Shown here piece by piece: positions 7,724 to 16,484 of a stretch of DNA of 53,044 nt. The notes beneath the pieces were generated by a model. The model was not told the DNA's origin and made no database searches. It saw nothing but the letters and a program-made list of their open reading frames with translations. The translations under genes and the position numbers were made by a program. Origin of the DNA: a virus (taxonomy: Duplodnaviria; Caudoviricetes); IMG/VR virus record IMGVR_UViG_3300031449_000026, positions 1-53,044 of that record, one strand, 5' to 3'. Each line of letters opens with the position of its first letter. Positions within the stretch are counted from its first letter, which is position 1.

Positions 7724-10700
7724 CTAGCTCCGCTGGTCGGCGCGAACAATGCGCTGGATGGTCTTGTCACCGACGCGCACCTCAAAGCGGTGGAAGCTAT
7801 CCTCGTCCGGGTGAACTGTAATGTCGGCTTTCAGCGTCAGGGCATTGTTGCCTGCCGCTCCCGGCTGGCTATTTTTGAGGTACTGGTCAAACGCCGCGCT
7901 CCGGGTCTGCTCACTTCCGGCATTCCGCTGGAACGACTGGTCAAAGCTGTATTCCTTTTCGTTCGCGGCATGGCCCAGCCTGTCTCCAACTTTCTGCCAA
8001 GTGTCGCCTTTGCCAAGCTGTTTGTCCAGCAGCTTCCCCAGCCCGTTCGGGTCAAGTCCCGGCGCGGCCAAAAGCTTCTGCCCGCTGGCACCCATTGCCA
8101 TACCGGATGCCATCAGTCCTTTGCCAGCACCTCCCGGCAGCACCTCCCCCACAAGCACCATCAGCGTCCCAACAGTCTTCATCAGTCCGCCGAGGCCGCT
8201 TTCAATCGCGTTGAACACGGTGGCAAACCCGGTGTAGAGTGTTTTCGCAAACTCTACGATCTGCGGCAAGTTGCTTCCAATAGACTTCCCTAGCTCAAAG
8301 AACGCATTGCCGCCGCGCCGCAGGTACTCCGGCAGCATGACGTATAGCCAGCGGCCCAAGTGTTCCAGGCTTCCAATGATTGCCCCTTCATGCCCCGTAA
8401 ACCACTTAGAAAACACGTTCAGCGTGGTCGTAATCGCTGGCATCAGGTCACTCAACAGTTTTGTTTTCAGCCGGTCAAGCTGCGCTCCTACCACGTCTAG
8501 GTTAAACCCAAGCACCGCGTTCTGCATGACTTCTTTGGGTGACAGCGCCGTGGCTTTGGCGGTTTGCACCGCCTTATTCACCATGCCGCCGCCGAGCGAG
8601 AACAGTCCGCCGACTGCCGCTTCCGATCCCGGCGCAACGACTGACAGCATGATGCGCCGCTCCATTGCGCCCGCCGGGCCGTCCCCAAAGGCTTTGTACC
8701 GCTGGAACAGTCCCGGCAGGTTGTCTACAAACGAGCCGCCCGCCTTCACGCCGTATGCCTGATCGCGGGCCTTCATATACGGCGTCATCATCGCCATATT
8801 CTGAAACGTGCCGCTGAACGCTCCCGGCCCGCCCGTGAGAACCTGCGACAGCGCCGTAACCTCGGACGATGCGCCGAGGCTCATGCCGCTGCCGCGCTGG
8901 GTGGCAAGCGTGGTGGTAGATAGCTTCACGCCGGTTTCAATCAGGTCCGACAGGACGCTTTGGACGCTGGAAAGGAACGAGCCGAGGCTGCCGCCAAGCT
9001 GCCCGAACGCCGTACCAATGGCTCCGAGCGCCTGCCCAATGGCCCCGCTCACCGTAGACAAAAGGCCCGCAATGGCAGAGCCGATGCCCGCGACAAGCCC
9101 TGCGCCTGCGACGGCTCCGGCCAGCGGCCCGATGCCTGCAATCGTGCCAATGATGGCCCCCATGCCCGCGCCGATGCCCGCCGACAACCCCAGCGCGACG
9201 CCGCTCGCAATGCCGACGCCGATCTTCAGCCCCGCTGTAACCACCGCCCCACCTGCCGACAGTGCCGACAAAAATGCCTGCCCGATGCCGCCAGCAAGAT
9301 GCGCGGCCGCCCCGCCCGTGCGTCCGAACGGCGACAGAAGAAGCCCGAGCGCCGTTTCCCCGGCATGGACAAACAAAGACCCTGCGCCGACAATGGCATG
9401 GGTCAGCCCCGTCGCCACCGCCCCTGCCGCGTTGCCGACTTGAAGCCCGGAGCGAAATGCCGACGTGAATTCGGCGACCAGCAGCGAGCCTTTGTACAGG
9501 TCAAACGAACCTTTCTTCCCCGCCGCCTTGTCTGCGTCCGTCAAAAGGCCGCGCCGCTTCAGTTCTTCCTGCTCGGCTTTTTTGTGCTTTGCCCCGCCGT
9601 AGAGTTTGCGCTTCTTCGGGTCGGACAAGAATTCGTTGGACACGTCCCACACCGCTTCGGCGCGTTCGCGCTTGAACTTCGTGGTCGGATCGTTATCCAC
9701 TTCTTCCTGCGCTTCGGCTTTTTCCTCACGCTCTTGCCGCGCCGCCTGGAACGAGGCGAGTTTGTGCTGGGCGCGAAGATGCTCCGCCGGGGAAAGCGAC
9801 TTGTCCTGCACCTGCTCGTTTAAGTGCGAGGCCATGTCGTCGTCCGGCACAAAGCCGAGTTTATGCCGAAGTTCCAGCAGCCGCTCTTTTTCGGCGGCTT
9901 CGGTTTTCGTTCCCCGTGACTTCTTTGCGGACTCTCGTGCTTCCAGGTTGCTGACCTGCCGAATGGCCCGGCGGCGCTCCCCGTGCGGCAGAGAGCTGTC
10001 ATAGCCTTTATTGTTCAGGTAGCCGATGTAAGATTCTGCGGGCAGCATTTCTTCTTTGTACAGGGCCGCCATGCTTTCGTCAAGATCTGCTCGCCCGTCG
10101 GCCTGGTCTTTTGCGTCCTGTCGTCCGTCCTTATCCACGAACATCCCGTTCGCCCGAAGCCGCGTCGCCACGTCTCGGCGAAAGTCCGCCGTGCCGATCT
10201 TGCCGCGCCGCTTGGGGTCTTTGGCGTATTCGTCGCCCACGTCAGAGATCATTGCGGACCGCGCCCGTTGGAAGCCATCCAGGGTCATGGGCGGCGACTT
10301 CGGCTTTTTGCCGCCGCTGGCTGCCGGAGCCGGGCCGTCGTCCGGGCGCGGCGGGGCGACTTCCCCCGTGTGCCGCATGGCATCGTGGGCCTCTTTGTCG
10401 AACGGCGCATCGCTTCCGGTGGTGATAGGAGCGTTGCCGCCTGCGCCCGGAGCGGCGTCCGGCAAAATGCCCAGTTTTGTTTCGGTCTCCCGTTTGCCCT
10501 CTTGCTTGCCTTGCAGAAACGAAATCCGCTTCTCGCGCTTGGTGGCTTCCGTGAACGCCTTCGTCACCTGCTTCCGGGCATCCGCCGCCACCTTGCCGAC
10601 AGTCTTGCCGACGGCCTCTTTTTGCGCTTTGGCGGTGGATGGCCCCGCTTCGGCTTTCTCGGCTTTTCGGATGGCGACATTTGCCCGGTCCTGCACGGCT

Positions 10701-11317
10701 TTGGGCAATCCGAACTGCTTGCCGAAGTCCGAAACGTCTCCGCTGCCGATGGCCCCTTCGCCTGCTGCGTCCGCAAGCAGTTTTTCCAGCGCCGACTTGC
10801 CGATGTCGGGCGGCACGATGCCCAGATCATTGACTACTTCGTCGTGCGTGAGAACCTGCGGCTGGCCGCTCTTGCCGTGCGGGTCCACGTAGTTGCCCGT
10901 CATGTGGCCTAAGACGTACTCGTTCAGGAATTGTCCGAGTGGCGCTTTCAGGGCATCGTTCGTCCCTTCCGCATTCAGGCTCTCACTGCTGCCAGACGGC
11001 ACGGAAAAGCCGACGCCTTTCGGCGTCCGCAGGGTCTTTCCCCTTCCCTGTTTTTTGACGCCGATGCCGCTGCCCATAACGCTGACAGACTTCACCGCGT
11101 CCATCATTGCCCGCAGTTCGTCTTGGCGGATGGCTTTGTTCCCTGCCGCTTCCCGCTCTTTGACCACCGTCTCCTGCCGGGCTAAAGCATCAAACACGGG
11201 GCGGTAAGCGGGGTCGCCTTCAATCCACGGATCGTCCCGAAGCGTCTGCTCCAAAGCGTTCAGGTCACGCGAGTTGCCGATAGACTCGATCTGCTTGATG
11301 TAATCATTAACCGTCAT
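7724..11317 (-). CDS. tape measure protein
   Basis: 1197 aa with a long Gly/Ala hydrophobic helical region, directly after the tail chaperone pair. Confidence 0.8.
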   Translation of the reverse strand: MTVNDYIKQIESIGNSRDLNALEQTLRDDPWIEGDPAYRPVFDALARQETVVKEREAAGNKAIRQDELRAMMDAVKSVSVMGSGIGVKKQGRGKTLRTPKGVGFSVPSGSSESLNAEGTNDALKAPLGQFLNEYVLGHMTGNYVDPHGKSGQPQVLTHDEVVNDLGIVPPDIGKSALEKLLADAAGEGAIGSGDVSDFGKQFGLPKAVQDRANVAIRKAEKAEAGPSTAKAQKEAVGKTVGKVAADARKQVTKAFTEATKREKRISFLQGKQEGKRETETKLGILPDAAPGAGGNAPITTGSDAPFDKEAHDAMRHTGEVAPPRPDDGPAPAASGGKKPKSPPMTLDGFQRARSAMISDVGDEYAKDPKRRGKIGTADFRRDVATRLRANGMFVDKDGRQDAKDQADGRADLDESMAALYKEEMLPAESYIGYLNNKGYDSSLPHGERRRAIRQVSNLEARESAKKSRGTKTEAAEKERLLELRHKLGFVPDDDMASHLNEQVQDKSLSPAEHLRAQHKLASFQAARQEREEKAEAQEEVDNDPTTKFKRERAEAVWDVSNEFLSDPKKRKLYGGAKHKKAEQEELKRRGLLTDADKAAGKKGSFDLYKGSLLVAEFTSAFRSGLQVGNAAGAVATGLTHAIVGAGSLFVHAGETALGLLLSPFGRTGGAAAHLAGGIGQAFLSALSAGGAVVTAGLKIGVGIASGVALGLSAGIGAGMGAIIGTIAGIGPLAGAVAGAGLVAGIGSAIAGLLSTVSGAIGQALGAIGTAFGQLGGSLGSFLSSVQSVLSDLIETGVKLSTTTLATQRGSGMSLGASSEVTALSQVLTGGPGAFSGTFQNMAMMTPYMKARDQAYGVKAGGSFVDNLPGLFQRYKAFGDGPAGAMERRIMLSVVAPGSEAAVGGLFSLGGGMVNKAVQTAKATALSPKEVMQNAVLGFNLDVVGAQLDRLKTKLLSDLMPAITTTLNVFSKWFTGHEGAIIGSLEHLGRWLYVMLPEYLRRGGNAFFELGKSIGSNLPQIVEFAKTLYTGFATVFNAIESGLGGLMKTVGTLMVLVGEVLPGGAGKGLMASGMAMGASGQKLLAAPGLDPNGLGKLLDKQLGKGDTWQKVGDRLGHAANEKEYSFDQSFQRNAGSEQTRSAAFDQYLKNSQPGAAGNNALTLKADITVHPDEDSFHRFEVRVGDKTIQRIVRADQRS

Positions 11318-11340
11318 ATCAAGTTATTCTCCCAAGCAAA

Positions 11341-11380
11341 AAATCAAAATAAAAAGCCCTGCGCCGAATGGCACAGGGCT
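11341..11380 (-). terminator. intrinsic terminator
   Basis: Minus strand AGCCCTGTGCC-attc-GGCGCAGGGCT followed by a T-rich run. Confidence 0.65.
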
Positions 11381-11384
11381 GTCT

Positions 11385-12163
11385 CTACATCACGGGCGCG
11401 TTGCCGAGGCGTCCGCCACTGCCCTGCCGGATAGCCCGAAACGCTTCTTCGAGCGCCGGGGGCAAGTCACCGGGCCGCAGTCCCCGGTAGAAGTCTTTGG
11501 CATCCAGGTACAGGTTCAGCGTTTCCTGCGCCCACGCATTCTCCGGCAGGGACAAAAGCCGTGCGCCTTCTTCTCTCGCCCGTTTCTCTTCCTCGTAAGT
11601 GTGCCTTGCCTCGTCCGTCCACTTGCTCGTGTCCGGCGGACGGGGCTGCTCCGCGATTCCGGCTAGAAGCGCGGCGACTGACCGAAAAAAGAGAGCGCCT
11701 CGGTGGGAGCCTGCGCCTGGGCCGCCAGCGTCTCCACTGCTTTCTTCACGTCTTCCCGCAGGGAGAGGCAATTTTCAGGCGTCACGGCGTCATCAATCGC
11801 GTGTTCATCTTTGCCTTCCAGCAGGCTCCACGACCCGATAATTTGGGACAGCGAGAAGGCGCGTGTCAGTGCCCCGGCCTCCTGCGCTTGTTTCGCCGCA
11901 TCTTCGCCGAGGGCGGCGTAGGCGGCGTCGAACTCGGCAAGCTGCTCCGGCTCAACCCTCTCCCCTTCCAAAACGCGCAGGGCCGTCTCACCCGGCAGTC
12001 CGAGGCTTGTCAGGCGGCCTTTCATGAACTCAAAGGCGGCGATCTTCTGCCCGTCCGAGAACGCCCGGTAGCGGATTTTCAGAGATGCGCCGCTGCCGAG
12101 CGCGACAGCGGCGATGTACGGATAGCGGTCTTCGGCAAAGACTTGGGACAGGCTTTTGTTCAT
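11385..12163 (-). CDS. tail assembly chaperone, -1 frameshift product (gpGT-like)
   Basis: ORF 11385..11771 is in the -1 frame of the chaperone and is entered at T TTT TTC. Confidence 0.8.
11663..12163 (-). CDS. tail assembly chaperone (gpG-like)
   Basis: Between tail tube and tape measure; slippery heptamer near its 3' end. Confidence 0.8.
   Translation of the reverse strand: MNKSLSQVFAEDRYPYIAAVALGSGASLKIRYRAFSDGQKIAAFEFMKGRLTSLGLPGETALRVLEGERVEPEQLAEFDAAYAALGEDAAKQAQEAGALTRAFSLSQIIGSWSLLEGKDEHAIDDAVTPENCLSLREDVKKAVETLAAQAQAPTEALSFFGQSPRF
11684..11690 (-). other. -1 programmed ribosomal frameshift site TTTTTTC
   Basis: tcT TTT TTC ggt fits X XXY YYZ; the -1 frame stays open to 11385. Confidence 0.8.
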
Positions 12164-12289
12164 GGTAAAAACTTTCAGGGTTCTGAATAATTCACAGGGT
12201 TCTGAATAATTCAAGAGTGCTTAGGAAGAGTTAGACGGCAGGAGCGGACTCATCTCGCCCCTGCCTAATCGTTGCGCCAGCCAAAAGGG

Positions 12290-13285
12290 TTAGCTGGTCG
12301 GCGGCGTGGTCGGCGGCGTGTCGACGATGACGAAGTTCCGGGCGTCCGCTTCCGCCGAGAAGTTCAGAAGGCTGGTCGTGTCGCCCTGGTTCTGCTTGTC
12401 CGAAGCGAACGACACGTCCGTCAGCGCAATGCCGAGCGACCGCCCTGCGTGGCAGGCGTCGGCAAGCTGCACGGCGACGGTCGGGTTCGTGCGGCACAGC
12501 ACCGAGACGTTTGCAATCGGGATGCCCTGGTACAGCTCGATGGACAGCGAAGTCACCTGCTGCTTGGCCTTGAGGTGCCGGGAAACGAGAATGACTGTCG
12601 GCTGGCCGGCGACGCTGATGGTCTTCTGCTTTGTGGGCAGGCGCTCGACCTCGTGCTTGACGGAGATGCGGACGCGCTTCACGTAATCAGTGTAGTCGTC
12701 GCCGCCGATGAGAACAATGCCGTTGTAGCCATAGTAGACCGGCAGCGACAGGGGCGCATAGGTCATGGCGGGGATGGCCGCCGCCGCCACGTCCGCCGGG
12801 GCGAGCGTGGAGCCGTACAGCGCCTGGTAGCCCATAGACACGGTGACGGCCCCCGACTCAAACGGGATGTCAATGTCCATGCTCTCGCAAAGACATCCAG
12901 ACATCTGCCGGGCGTACTGCCCGTTGCCAGTCAAAAACGAGTAGTAGTTCAGCGTGCCGTCGGCATTCCGAACGCCCGATTGCAAAAGCGCCGAAGTGCG
13001 AAGCTTCTGGGTGAACCGCAGGGAGGGCTTGGTCATGGCGACGTTGCGCTGAAGACGGGTATAGTAACCGACGCCCATCACGTTGTCCATCTCAGCCTCG
13101 GCGCTCATGTCCGGGATGTCCACGAAGTCCATCGGCGAATAGGCGTTCTTCACCGGCGCGGCACTGGCCGGGGTGTACGTGAACGCGGCAGGCGTGGTCG
13201 GATCGGGATTAGCAGTCAAATCTTGCTGGGCGATATACGCGGCGATGTCGCCGCCGAACTGGGGGTTGGCAGTCAGGATAGCCAT
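12290..13285 (-). CDS. major tail (tube) protein
   Basis: 331 aa, beta-rich, immediately upstream of the chaperone pair. Confidence 0.75.
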   Translation of the reverse strand: MAILTANPQFGGDIAAYIAQQDLTANPDPTTPAAFTYTPASAAPVKNAYSPMDFVDIPDMSAEAEMDNVMGVGYYTRLQRNVAMTKPSLRFTQKLRTSALLQSGVRNADGTLNYYSFLTGNGQYARQMSGCLCESMDIDIPFESGAVTVSMGYQALYGSTLAPADVAAAAIPAMTYAPLSLPVYYGYNGIVLIGGDDYTDYVKRVRISVKHEVERLPTKQKTISVAGQPTVILVSRHLKAKQQVTSLSIELYQGIPIANVSVLCRTNPTVAVQLADACHAGRSLGIALTDVSFASDKQNQGDTTSLLNFSAEADARNFVIVDTPPTTPPTS

Positions 13286-13329
13286 GAGTTTCGTTTTCCT
13301 TTTCTTTTACTTTTGTCTTCTGGGCGGAC

Positions 13330-13647
13330 TTAAACGGCAAGCCCCTCGTTTTCGGCGGCGTGAACTTCGGCGGCGTGAACTTCGGCAAGCCGCGTTTCCT
13401 CGGTGAGCCGCGCTTCTCGGCAGGGCTGGCACTCCTCATCGGGCGCAGGGAAGGCGATGGCTCCGCGCCGGGCTTTGGCAGCTTCCGCGATCTGGGCCAG
13501 CACGGTGTCACGCAGAAGGCCCGCCGGGAACAGCAAGGTTGCCTCCGCTTCGGTCAGTGCGTGTCCGCCGTGAACGGTCACAGAGGGCGAGACAAAGACG
13601 ACAGTTTCATCAGCGGTAACTTCTTCGGCTGGCAAATCTTCGGGCAT
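13330..13647 (-). CDS. hypothetical protein
   Basis: AAGGAG RBS, MPEDLP start, AEVHA repeat near the C-terminus. Confidence 0.55.
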   Translation of the reverse strand: MPEDLPAEEVTADETVVFVSPSVTVHGGHALTEAEATLLFPAGLLRDTVLAQIAEAAKARRGAIAFPAPDEECQPCREARLTEETRLAEVHAAEVHAAENEGLAV

Positions 13648-13700
13648 ACTTCTCTCCTTAGCAAAATCCAGGCGAACGCGATAAGCGTCAGCGGCGGTGT

Positions 13701-13741
13701 CATGCGGAAGTAGCCGGGAGCGAAGGGGGAATGTCACGGAC
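13701..13741 (-). promoter_or_regulatory. phage late-promoter-like motif, copy 1
   Basis: GTCC GTGACA-19-TACTTC CGCATG, directly downstream of a terminator. Confidence 0.7.
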
Positions 13742-13744
13742 GAC

Positions 13745-13775
13745 AAAAAACCCGCACTCCAAAAGAAGTGCGGGC
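13745..13775 (-). terminator. intrinsic terminator
   Basis: CCCGCACT..AGTGCGGG stem followed by TTTTTT on the minus strand. Confidence 0.75.
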
Positions 13776-13801
13776 TACCTAAAAACAAGTTTGAGCAGTA
13801 G

Positions 13802-14494
13802 TTATGCCGTCGTGCGCGTGTAGGGCAGGAACGCGGTGCAGGTAAAGGTCACGATGCCGAGAATGAAACGCGCCCCCGACGCAAGGCGCGGGATATTTCG
13901 GGAAACGCTCGTCACCTGCCCGTTCACCCACAGCGTCACGGGGTCCTGCTGGTAGGTTCCGAGAAGGTCCGAAATCGCCCCTGCGCCGCACAGCGCTTCG
14001 ATCTGGCGCTCCCGCTCCCCTTCGTAGGGCAGGACGTAGAGAATATGCACCGTCGCGTTTTCGCGCGAGACCGTGCCGAGCGCCCCCCGCTCCACGTCTA
14101 CTCCGGCGGGAAGCGTCTCGGTCACAATCAGGGACGGCGGCTGATCTGCGCCGAGCGTTTCCAAAATGTCCCCGATAAACATATTCGCCCCGGCGACGGG
14201 CGGCGGGGTCAGCGAGGTCCACTCCGACACCGCAACATTCTCCCACAGCGCGTCCAGTCGGTCCGCCAAATCCTGCTGGGCAGCGGGGATGAGCGTCGTG
14301 ACGGCAAGCTGGGCGTTTAAGCGTTGGGCCAGAATGTCCGTGATGCGCTGCTCGATGAGGGCGGCAGGGGAGCGGCGCGTAACGGGAACGCCCGCCGCGT
14401 CCGGGTGCGCTCTGAGGAACGCCTTTGTCGCCGTTTGCAGGTCGTCCTGCGTCCAAAGAGTGCGAATGTCCGACAGATCAGAGGGCGTGAGCAT
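13802..14494 (-). CDS. putative tail terminator/completion protein
   Basis: Synteny between the neck gene and the tail tube. Confidence 0.5.
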   Translation of the reverse strand: MLTPSDLSDIRTLWTQDDLQTATKAFLRAHPDAAGVPVTRRSPAALIEQRITDILAQRLNAQLAVTTLIPAAQQDLADRLDALWENVAVSEWTSLTPPPVAGANMFIGDILETLGADQPPSLIVTETLPAGVDVERGALGTVSRENATVHILYVLPYEGERERQIEALCGAGAISDLLGTYQQDPVTLWVNGQVTSVSRNIPRLASGARFILGIVTFTCTAFLPYTRTTA

Positions 14495-14504
14495 GGTATA
14501 CTTT

Positions 14505-14786
14505 CTATTCCGTCAAGTAGCCGTCCGCGTCAACCTTTGGCGACAGGTATTCATAATTTTCGCCTTGCATCCAAGCGTCGTACTCGCGCTCGGCTTCGCG
14601 CTCGTTGTAGAGGCTAAGATGCGTCCTGCCGGTAATGCGCTCAATTTCTGACATTGGCGGCGGCGGAATGGGTGCAGGCAAGCCTAAACCTAGACACCTT
14701 CTATGCTACGGATACCGCGGTATCCGTAGCATAGAAGGTGAGGTCGTTGCCATTGGCGGGTTCCAATCTTTTCCAGCGTAGGCCAT
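14505..14786 (-). pseudogene. small ORF with an in-frame TAG inside the palindrome
   Basis: MAYAGKDWNPPMATTSPSMLRIPRYP*HRRCLGLGLPAPIPPPPMSEIERITG..YLTE*; one frame fills the whole intergenic gap. Confidence 0.45.
14695..14740. repeat. perfect 46-bp palindrome with no spacer
   Basis: caccttctatgctacggataccg|cggtatccgtagcatagaaggtg. Confidence 0.95.
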
Positions 14787-14789
14787 TCT

Positions 14790-15521
14790 CTACTGCCCCT
14801 TGTACCGTCTATCTAGTGACCCTAACTTGAAATCCACTTCTGGGGCTTTCAGGCCCGGCACAGCTTCCCCCAGCGCTTCCAGCTTCGCGGCGGCTTCCCG
14901 CACCTTGCCGCTAATCTGCTGATGGGCGAGTCTTGCCGCCTGCTGGTCGTAGGCGCGTCCGATCATCGTGTCCGTGCCTGCCGCAAGAAAGCCCGCGTAG
15001 GGACTGCTGCTCTCCACCGTCACGGCGTAAATGCCGCCGGGCGTCAGGGCTTCGGAATAGGTAAAACTCTCCGTCAGGTTCGCCGGGCCGAGACTTTGGT
15101 TGTTGATGACCCCCGGCCCGGTGGGAAGCCCTCCCCTGCCCCGTTTGCTTCGTGCGACGCTTGGATTGAACCGGCCGCGCGCGTCTCGGAAGTGGGCTTT
15201 GGCGTAAGGGTGGCCCATCGCCGCGAGCTGGGCCAAAGTCGCGTACTGCGTCCCCGTCAGTTGTTTTAGGTCTTTCGCAAGCAGCAGCACCATCTCGGAA
15301 GCGAGGTCGCGCAGAATGGCGTCCCGCTGGGCCAGCCGCTTCCGCACGTCGTCTTTCAGAACTTGCGCTGCGTTACCCGTGATGCGCCCGGTGGACAGGT
15401 CTTGGAACGCCAGCAGCTTCCCCCGCGCCTGCACGAGACGATAGGAGTCCGCGCCCGACGCGATTTTCTGCCCCAAGAACAACCCCCTTAAAACGGTGTC
15501 AAGTTGCGCGATGTCTGCCAT
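14790..15521 (-). CDS. HK97 gp10-like neck/tail-completion protein
   Basis: SPYAGFLAAGTDTMIGRAY resembles the PYA-fle-GT--M-aRP motif; neck position. Confidence 0.65.
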   Translation of the reverse strand: MADIAQLDTVLRGLFLGQKIASGADSYRLVQARGKLLAFQDLSTGRITGNAAQVLKDDVRKRLAQRDAILRDLASEMVLLLAKDLKQLTGTQYATLAQLAAMGHPYAKAHFRDARGRFNPSVARSKRGRGGLPTGPGVINNQSLGPANLTESFTYSEALTPGGIYAVTVESSSPYAGFLAAGTDTMIGRAYDQQAARLAHQQISGKVREAAAKLEALGEAVPGLKAPEVDFKLGSLDRRYKGQ

Positions 15522-15559
15522 GCGGAAGTAGCCGCCGTGACAGGCACTTTGTCAGGGAC
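15519..15559 (-). promoter_or_regulatory. phage late-promoter-like motif, copy 2
   Basis: GTCC CTGACA-19-TACTTC CGC ATG; the ATG is the gene start. Confidence 0.7.
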
Positions 15560-15562
15560 AGG

Positions 15563-15592
15563 AGTTATATCGCCAGATTTGGCGATATAACT
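15563..15592. terminator. 13-bp hairpin at a gene end
   Basis: agttatatcgcca-gatt-tggcgatataact; no clear U-tract. Confidence 0.45.
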
Positions 15593-16364
15593 ATTTCAGC
15601 GTCACCATGTATTTCTGATGATGCTCATCGCCGCCGACATCCACCGGCACGGAGGCAATGCGGTACTGCATGACTGGTCCCGCCCCGCCGTACACGGCGG
15701 GGTCATCGGTCACGATGCTATTTTTCGGGTCAAAGGCAAACCGTGTTCCTGCCGCCTGCGCCGCGATCCCCGCGCCGGTCATGCCCTCCCCCGCCGTGAT
15801 AAACGGGCATTCCATCGTGAACGCGCCGGTCAAAACTCCGGGCAGATCAGGGTCTTGGTCCAGCGACGATTCAAGGGGCGACAAGCGGCACGGAAGCTGG
15901 GCGCAGACAAGAAGGCTCGTATTATCCGTCCGGTTCTCCGCGCGGACGCTCACCCGCCGGTTGCAGACGGGCGTTCTTCGCACGAGCGCAATCCGGGCGC
16001 GGTTCTCGACCAGCGCAGCGGGAACAATGTAGATCACGTCCCACGCTTCCCCGCTGCGCTGGTCGGTGATGGAAACAAGGCTTTCGGCAGGGGTTGTCCA
16101 CGCAGTATCCAAAAACTCCGCGTAGCCGTCCGGCAGAAACGACGGCCCCCACTTCTCTACCTTCTCTTGCTTTAAGTCCGACGGCAGAGTCCCGAACGAG
16201 GCGAAGCCGTTTGCGCTGGACGTGCCGAGGGGCGGACGCAGGACGTATCCGTTCATTGCCGAGCGGGTACAGGAGGCGGCGAAGGTGAACAGGAACGGCC
16301 TGCCGCGAATAAGCGCCTGCCGCTGAAACCGTGCCTGCGAGCGTAGAACTGCCGAGGGAAGCAT
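15591..16364 (-). CDS. putative head-closure/stopper protein
   Basis: Synteny; C-terminal YRIASVPVDVGGDEHHQKY resembles head-closure protein ends. Confidence 0.5.
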   Translation of the reverse strand: MLPSAVLRSQARFQRQALIRGRPFLFTFAASCTRSAMNGYVLRPPLGTSSANGFASFGTLPSDLKQEKVEKWGPSFLPDGYAEFLDTAWTTPAESLVSITDQRSGEAWDVIYIVPAALVENRARIALVRRTPVCNRRVSVRAENRTDNTSLLVCAQLPCRLSPLESSLDQDPDLPGVLTGAFTMECPFITAGEGMTGAGIAAQAAGTRFAFDPKNSIVTDDPAVYGGAGPVMQYRIASVPVDVGGDEHHQKYMVTLK

Positions 16365-16474
16365 CACTGAATTTCTTCCTCACTTTTTACAGTTCTGATA
16401 ATTCTGTAAATGTTCCAAGCGGTAATCGCCAGAAGGATACCGATGCGAACTTTTTTCTCTGTTTGCTTTGTCAT
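16364..16474 (-). CDS. 36-aa single-TM peptide
   Basis: MTKQTEKKVRIGILLAITAWNIYRIIRTVKSEEEIQ*; TGATG overlap with the next gene; below the ORF track cutoff. Confidence 0.55.
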   Translation of the reverse strand: MTKQTEKKVRIGILLAITAWNIYRIIRTVKSEEEIQ

Positions 16475-16484
16475 GGTTTTTCCC

